Part shown: in pieces, positions 28,560 through 32,000 of the stretch
Position numbering within the stretch: the stretch's first letter is position 1
How the letters are laid out: every line of letters begins with the position of its first letter
NCBI GenBank assembly: GCA_963675915.1
Contig: OY780959.1
Location: 1,440,001-1,472,000 of the forward strand
Source: Coprobacillaceae bacterium
Lineage (GTDB): Bacteria > Bacillota_I > Bacilli_A > Erysipelotrichales > Coprobacillaceae
Direction: 5' to 3'
DNA length: 32,000 bases
The notes under the pieces: generated by a model
What the model saw: only the letters and a program-made list of their open reading frames with translations
Database searches by the model: none
What the model was told of the DNA's origin: nothing
Made by a program: the position numbers and the translations under genes

Positions 28560-29333
28560 CTAATCATAACTTCCGCTAGTTATGCCGTTCAAGTCCAATG
28601 TTACGTACTTGAAACCCATTCCTTTGAGATTATCAATCAATTCATCATTCTTATATATTCTGTCAAAATCAGATTTTCCAACTTCGATCCGCGCAAGTTC
28701 ATCTTGCACTCGAACCCGGACATGGAAAATACCTTCTTGATGAAACAGGGCTTCCGCCTGATCCACCAGTTCCAATTTTTCTTTGGTCAGGATCGTTCCA
28801 TAGTTGAAGCGGGAAGCCAGACAGGCATTGGAAGGCTTGTCATGCGTCACCACGTTCATTTCTTTGGAGTATTTCCTGATTTCCTGCTTGTTCATATTCG
28901 CCATTGCCAATGGTGAGACAATCCCCAATTCACGGCATGCCTCAAGACCAGGGCGATATTCGCCTTCATCATCAATATTCTTGCCATCAAGAACAAAATC
29001 GATCCCATGTGCTCTTGCTTCATTGATTACCGCCGACATGACCTGAGTCTTGCAAAAATAGCAACGACGTTTATCATTGTATCTGAACTCATTGATTTTG
29101 AATACATCAAGTTCAACCTCGACATGGTTTACTTCCTGAAGTAAGGTTCTGGCATTGTCGATATCCTCCTTGGACATCATCGCTCCTATGCATACAACAC
29201 ACAAAACATTTTCCTTACCTAAAGTATCCACAGCTACATTCATCAGGAAATTGGAATCACAACCACCACTGTAGGCGATAGCGACCTTTTCGAAGGATCT
29301 TAACGTATCTTTCAATTTATCAAGTTTATTCAT
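28560..29333 (-). CDS. larE: LarE, ATP-dependent sulfur transferase of NPN cofactor biosynthesis (PP-loop ATP pyrophosphatase)
   Basis: 257-aa ORF. The PP-loop is IAYSGGCDSNF. It has CYFC (C91, C94) and SNACLASRF (C171). The SD is AGAGGAGGA. Confidence 0.88.
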   Translation of the reverse strand: MNKLDKLKDTLRSFEKVAIAYSGGCDSNFLMNVAVDTLGKENVLCVVCIGAMMSKEDIDNARTLLQEVNHVEVELDVFKINEFRYNDKRRCYFCKTQVMSAVINEARAHGIDFVLDGKNIDDEGEYRPGLEACRELGIVSPLAMANMNKQEIRKYSKEMNVVTHDKPSNACLASRFNYGTILTKEKLELVDQAEALFHQEGIFHVRVRVQDELARIEVGKSDFDRIYKNDELIDNLKGMGFKYVTLDLNGITSGSYD

Positions 29334-29426
29334 CGTATCCTCCTCTTATCCTTAATTTCAATACCAATATCATATCATTGAAGTTCACTATAATGTCAAG
29401 CATTGTGCTGAATTTATTGCTTCTAT

Positions 29427-29442
29427 TTGGATTTGAATCCAA
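29427..29442. promoter_or_regulatory. 16-bp palindrome upstream of larE (candidate regulator binding site)
   Basis: TTGGATT-tg-AATCCAA has 7 of 8 arm positions complementary. It lies 28 nt upstream of a TTGACA hexamer (29398-29393, minus strand). Confidence 0.3.
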
Positions 29443-29502
29443 TCGTCACCAAGTTCAGCCTCATTTGGCGGTCCTAGAATAATTTTACCAGGACTTTGCC
29501 CA

Positions 29503-30885
29503 TCAGACAATCCGATATTCTTTCCATTTCCCCCCAAGATATCTTTTTACAATCAAAACCGACTTGATCGACCAGTCACCAATCATTGCCCAGGCAATTC
29601 CGACAACTCCCATATTCAGCCATATCCCGAACACGACCGAGAGCACCACCCGCCAGATCACGGTTGAAAATATTGACGCATACATTGTATACTTCACATC
29701 ACCGGCGGCCCTGAGCCCGGTTGACAGCGCGAAGGCTGTCGGGCACAAGAACGCATCGAACGAATTATGAATGATGCAAAGCAGAATAACCAGATTGACG
29801 ATTTCGACTGGCAAACTGTAGAGTTGCAAGACCAGCGGGATTATCAAAAGGAAAAACAGATTCCAGGCAATCCCCCCGATATAGGTAATCCGCAGCAGCT
29901 TTTTCATATAGTAATCAGCCGCATCATAATCGCCCGCTCCAACACAACGGCCGATAACCGTGATGAAAGCCGGACCCATGGCAATTATCGATAAGGCTCC
30001 CATTGCCCATAAACTTTGAGACACCCCATAAGCGGCAATCTGGGAAGTCCCAAACATGGCAACGATACTGCTAAGACCAACTTTGGCTATTTGAAACAGA
30101 CCATTTTCGACACTGTTGGGGATTGCAACTGAAAGAATCCTTGAAATCATTTCCTGGTTCCATTTGATGATTCGGTCCAGTTGGATATAAATAAGATTAT
30201 TCCGATTGAATGATATGACCAACATAATAATCGCAGCTACCGATCGCGCTATCAGCGAAGGATAGGCAACCCCGGCCACTCCGGCATGAAGGACGAAAAT
30301 CCCGATGGCATTACCGGCCACATTGATCATATTCATGACTATCGAGACATACATGATCGTCCTGGTTTTCGCCATGCTGCGATATAATCCGGCACAACTG
30401 TTGTATATCGCCAATGCCGGAAATGAAAAGGCGGAAATAACCATATATTTGACACATGCCTGCATCACGTCGTTTTCGACCTGGCCAAACACGATTCTTA
30501 ACAACTGGCCATTGAAAAAGATTACTCCAATCATCACGACAATTCCTATCATAGTAGTTATCATGACCAACTGGCTGGAAGCTTCGATCCCCCTCTCCTG
30601 TTCTTTTTTTCCGATATACTGACTGGCAACCACAGCCCCACCGGCCGCCATGGCCGAAAATATCATAATGAAAAAAGTATTCAGCTGGTTGACCAGCGAT
30701 ACCCCGGAAATTGCCGCTTCTCCTGCGTAAGAGATCATCAGAGTATCCGCAATCCCAATAAGAAGCATCAGGACCTGCTCAATCAACAAGGGGATGATCA
30801 GATCGACAAGATTTCGGTTGGAGAACATCATCGAACTGCGCTTTATCTTTTGCCTGGGTTCTATCAATCTTGAAATCATAACCAT
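29503..30885 (-). CDS. MATE-family efflux transporter
   Basis: 460-aa ORF predicted as a 12-TM protein. The N-terminus is typical of MATE (NLVDLIIPLLIEQVLMLLIGIADTLMISYAGEAAISGVSL). The start is either ATG 30885 or ATG 30879. Confidence 0.85.
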   Translation of the reverse strand: MVMISRLIEPRQKIKRSSMMFSNRNLVDLIIPLLIEQVLMLLIGIADTLMISYAGEAAISGVSLVNQLNTFFIMIFSAMAAGGAVVASQYIGKKEQERGIEASSQLVMITTMIGIVVMIGVIFFNGQLLRIVFGQVENDVMQACVKYMVISAFSFPALAIYNSCAGLYRSMAKTRTIMYVSIVMNMINVAGNAIGIFVLHAGVAGVAYPSLIARSVAAIIMLVISFNRNNLIYIQLDRIIKWNQEMISRILSVAIPNSVENGLFQIAKVGLSSIVAMFGTSQIAAYGVSQSLWAMGALSIIAMGPAFITVIGRCVGAGDYDAADYYMKKLLRITYIGGIAWNLFFLLIIPLVLQLYSLPVEIVNLVILLCIIHNSFDAFLCPTAFALSTGLRAAGDVKYTMYASIFSTVIWRVVLSVVFGIWLNMGVVGIAWAMIGDWSIKSVLIVKRYLGGKWKEYRIV

Positions 30886-31093
30886 ACCTCGTTTCTTCCT
30901 TTAATCTTACCACATGAAGCTAACTCCATATCAAGACAATAATGACTTTATATGTTTCAATTTTTGAAAAATGCACTCACTGCTGTGGCAAACGGATATT
31001 TCAGCCGGGATTCAAAGAAATTTAGGCCAGGCTACAAAAATCCCGAATTGAGAAACAATTGCAGCGCTAGCCCTATCTAAAGAAAATATTTAT

Positions 31094-31102
31094 TGCTATA
31101 AT
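31094..31102 (+). promoter_or_regulatory. Extended -10 promoter element for the isochorismatase-family gene
   Basis: TGcTATAAT lies 32 nt upstream of the start codon. Confidence 0.4.
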
Positions 31103-31133
31103 AATTGAATACTAATGCAAAAAGGAGAATCCA

Positions 31134-31682
31134 ATGAAACTATTAGTAGTTGACACTCAAAAACTGATTACCAATGAAGAACTGTTCAAATTCGACCTGG
31201 TCAGACATAATATCAAGACCCTGATCGATAAAGCTCGAAAAAACAATATTGAAGTGATCTATATCCGGCATGATGACGGTGAAGGCAGTCGGCTTACCAA
31301 AAACAGATCAGGTTTTGAGATTTTTGACGAATTCGCCCCAAGAAACACCGAATTCATCTTCGACAAGAATGTGAGCAGCCCTTTCAAAGAGAGCGGTTTG
31401 CTTAGATATTTGAAAGATAAAGACGAAAACACCCTGGTGGTGGTCGGACTCCAAACCGACTTTTGCATTGATGCCACTGTTAAATGCGGCTTCGAACACA
31501 ACTTTGACATCATTGTCCCCGCCTATTCGAATTCCACTGTGGACAACAACATGATGTCCGCCCAAAAATCATATGAATACTATAATGATTTCATTTGGCC
31601 CAACCGTTATGCCGCCTGCATCTCGGTTGAAGACACAATCGCCTTGATGAAAAAAAATGGAGCGCACTTCCAATCGAGATAA
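31134..31682 (+). CDS. Isochorismatase/cysteine-hydrolase family protein
   Basis: 182-aa ORF. The catalytic triad context is present: LLVVDTQ (Asp), FDKNVSSPF (Lys), GLQTDFCIDAT (Cys). The SD is AAAGGAGAA. Confidence 0.85.
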   Translation: MKLLVVDTQKLITNEELFKFDLVRHNIKTLIDKARKNNIEVIYIRHDDGEGSRLTKNRSGFEIFDEFAPRNTEFIFDKNVSSPFKESGLLRYLKDKDENTLVVVGLQTDFCIDATVKCGFEHNFDIIVPAYSNSTVDNNMMSAQKSYEYYNDFIWPNRYAACISVEDTIALMKKNGAHFQSR

Positions 31683-31705
31683 TCGATTGCAGGTGCGCTT
31701 TTTTA
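31661..31705. terminator. Bidirectional terminator
   Basis: AGCGCAC..CAATCGA-gataa-TCGATTG..GTGCGCT is followed by T6 on the plus strand. An A7 run precedes it, which reads as a T7 run on the minus strand. Confidence 0.7.
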
Positions 31706-31723
31706 TCAGATTATTGTTATTAT

Positions 31724-32000
31724 CTAGTCGCGGTTGTCGTCAGTATAGAACAGATACAAGCCGCCATGATCCAAAATTGTGGTTTCCTTGATTAAGTAAT
31801 CACGGGTGTCATTGAGGTTGGCCAGACTGTTTTCGACCAGGCTTTGTCCATTGCTTCCTTGCAGCAGCGGAGCTACAACTAGACTCAATGCATCCACAAC
31901 TCCCGTATTGACAACTGATCCGCCCAAAATACCCCCGCCCTCAAGCAACAGTTTTTGGATATTGAAAACTGATTTCAACTTATTAAAAACAATTTCAAAA
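31724..32000 (-). CDS. RibD_C / dihydrofolate-reductase-like family protein (partial; the N-terminus lies beyond the window end)
   Basis: The frame is open to the window edge. The C-terminal sequence ...KLLLEGGGILGGSVVNTGVVDALSLVVAPLLQG...LYLFYTDDNRD is typical of the RibD C-terminal reductase fold. Confidence 0.55.
   Translation of the reverse strand, partial: FEIVFNKLKSVFNIQKLLLEGGGILGGSVVNTGVVDALSLVVAPLLQGSNGQSLVENSLANLNDTRDYLIKETTILDHGGLYLFYTDDNRD

Noticed and set aside
29460-29502. Hairpin GTCCTGG..CTAGGAC downstream of the MATE stop as a terminator separating the MATE gene from larE.
   Set aside because: The stem is imperfect and short, and no U-tract follows. Read-through from the MATE gene into larE cannot be excluded.
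30886-31093. Possible riboswitch or structured leader upstream of the MATE gene (a CGGGATT...AATCCCG stem enclosing about 26 nt).
   Set aside because: I could not match it to any known riboswitch architecture or place a convincing promoter upstream. The region also has to hold the divergent isochorismatase promoter. Evidence is too thin without covariation data.

Overview
The window looks like a chromosomal segment from a low-GC Gram-positive (Bacillota-like) genome. It has GGAGG-type Shine-Dalgarno sites, TTGACA/TATAAT-type promoters and hairpin plus U-tract terminators. I support about 27 protein genes, most on the minus strand. I saw no rRNA, tRNA, CRISPR array, transposase, integrase or recognisable defence genes. 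All family assignments come from motifs read by eye in the translations, because no database search was possible.

Content in order:
1. fhs (formate-THF ligase) is partial at the left edge and absent from the supplied ORF track. It is preceded by what reads as a ZTP (pfl) riboswitch with a terminator expression platform.
2. A CapA-like exported metallophosphatase follows.
3. A tightly insulated two-gene module encodes a NifU/IscU-like protein and a GGGtGRT-motif protein of unknown function. A Rex-like box lies upstream.
4. A D-2-hydroxyacid dehydrogenase and a VOC/glyoxalase-fold gene converge on a shared terminator.
5. A block of about 19 kb is devoted to glycoside and rhamnoside use. It holds a GH1 6-phospho-beta-glucosidase inactivated by one in-frame TAG, an esterase, and a Gfo/Idh/MocA oxidoreductase. 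It also holds a ROK sugar kinase, an intact GH1 paralogue, fucO-rhaD-rhaA-rhaB, and two AraC regulators. The rest is a membrane-anchored esterase, a cytoplasmic GH78 alpha-L-rhamnosidase and an orphan PTS EIIC.
6. A nickel-pincer (NPN) cofactor cluster is ordered larE-DUF3842-larB-larC. There is no larA in the window. LarC carries a histidine tract encoded by a 27-nt tandem repeat.
7. A MATE exporter, an isochorismatase-family hydrolase and a partial RibD_C/DHFR-like gene close the window at the right edge.

The best candidates for something undescribed are the uncharacterised gene embedded in the lar cluster, the NifU-like/GGGtGRT module, and the PTS-linked cytoplasmic rhamnoside pathway.
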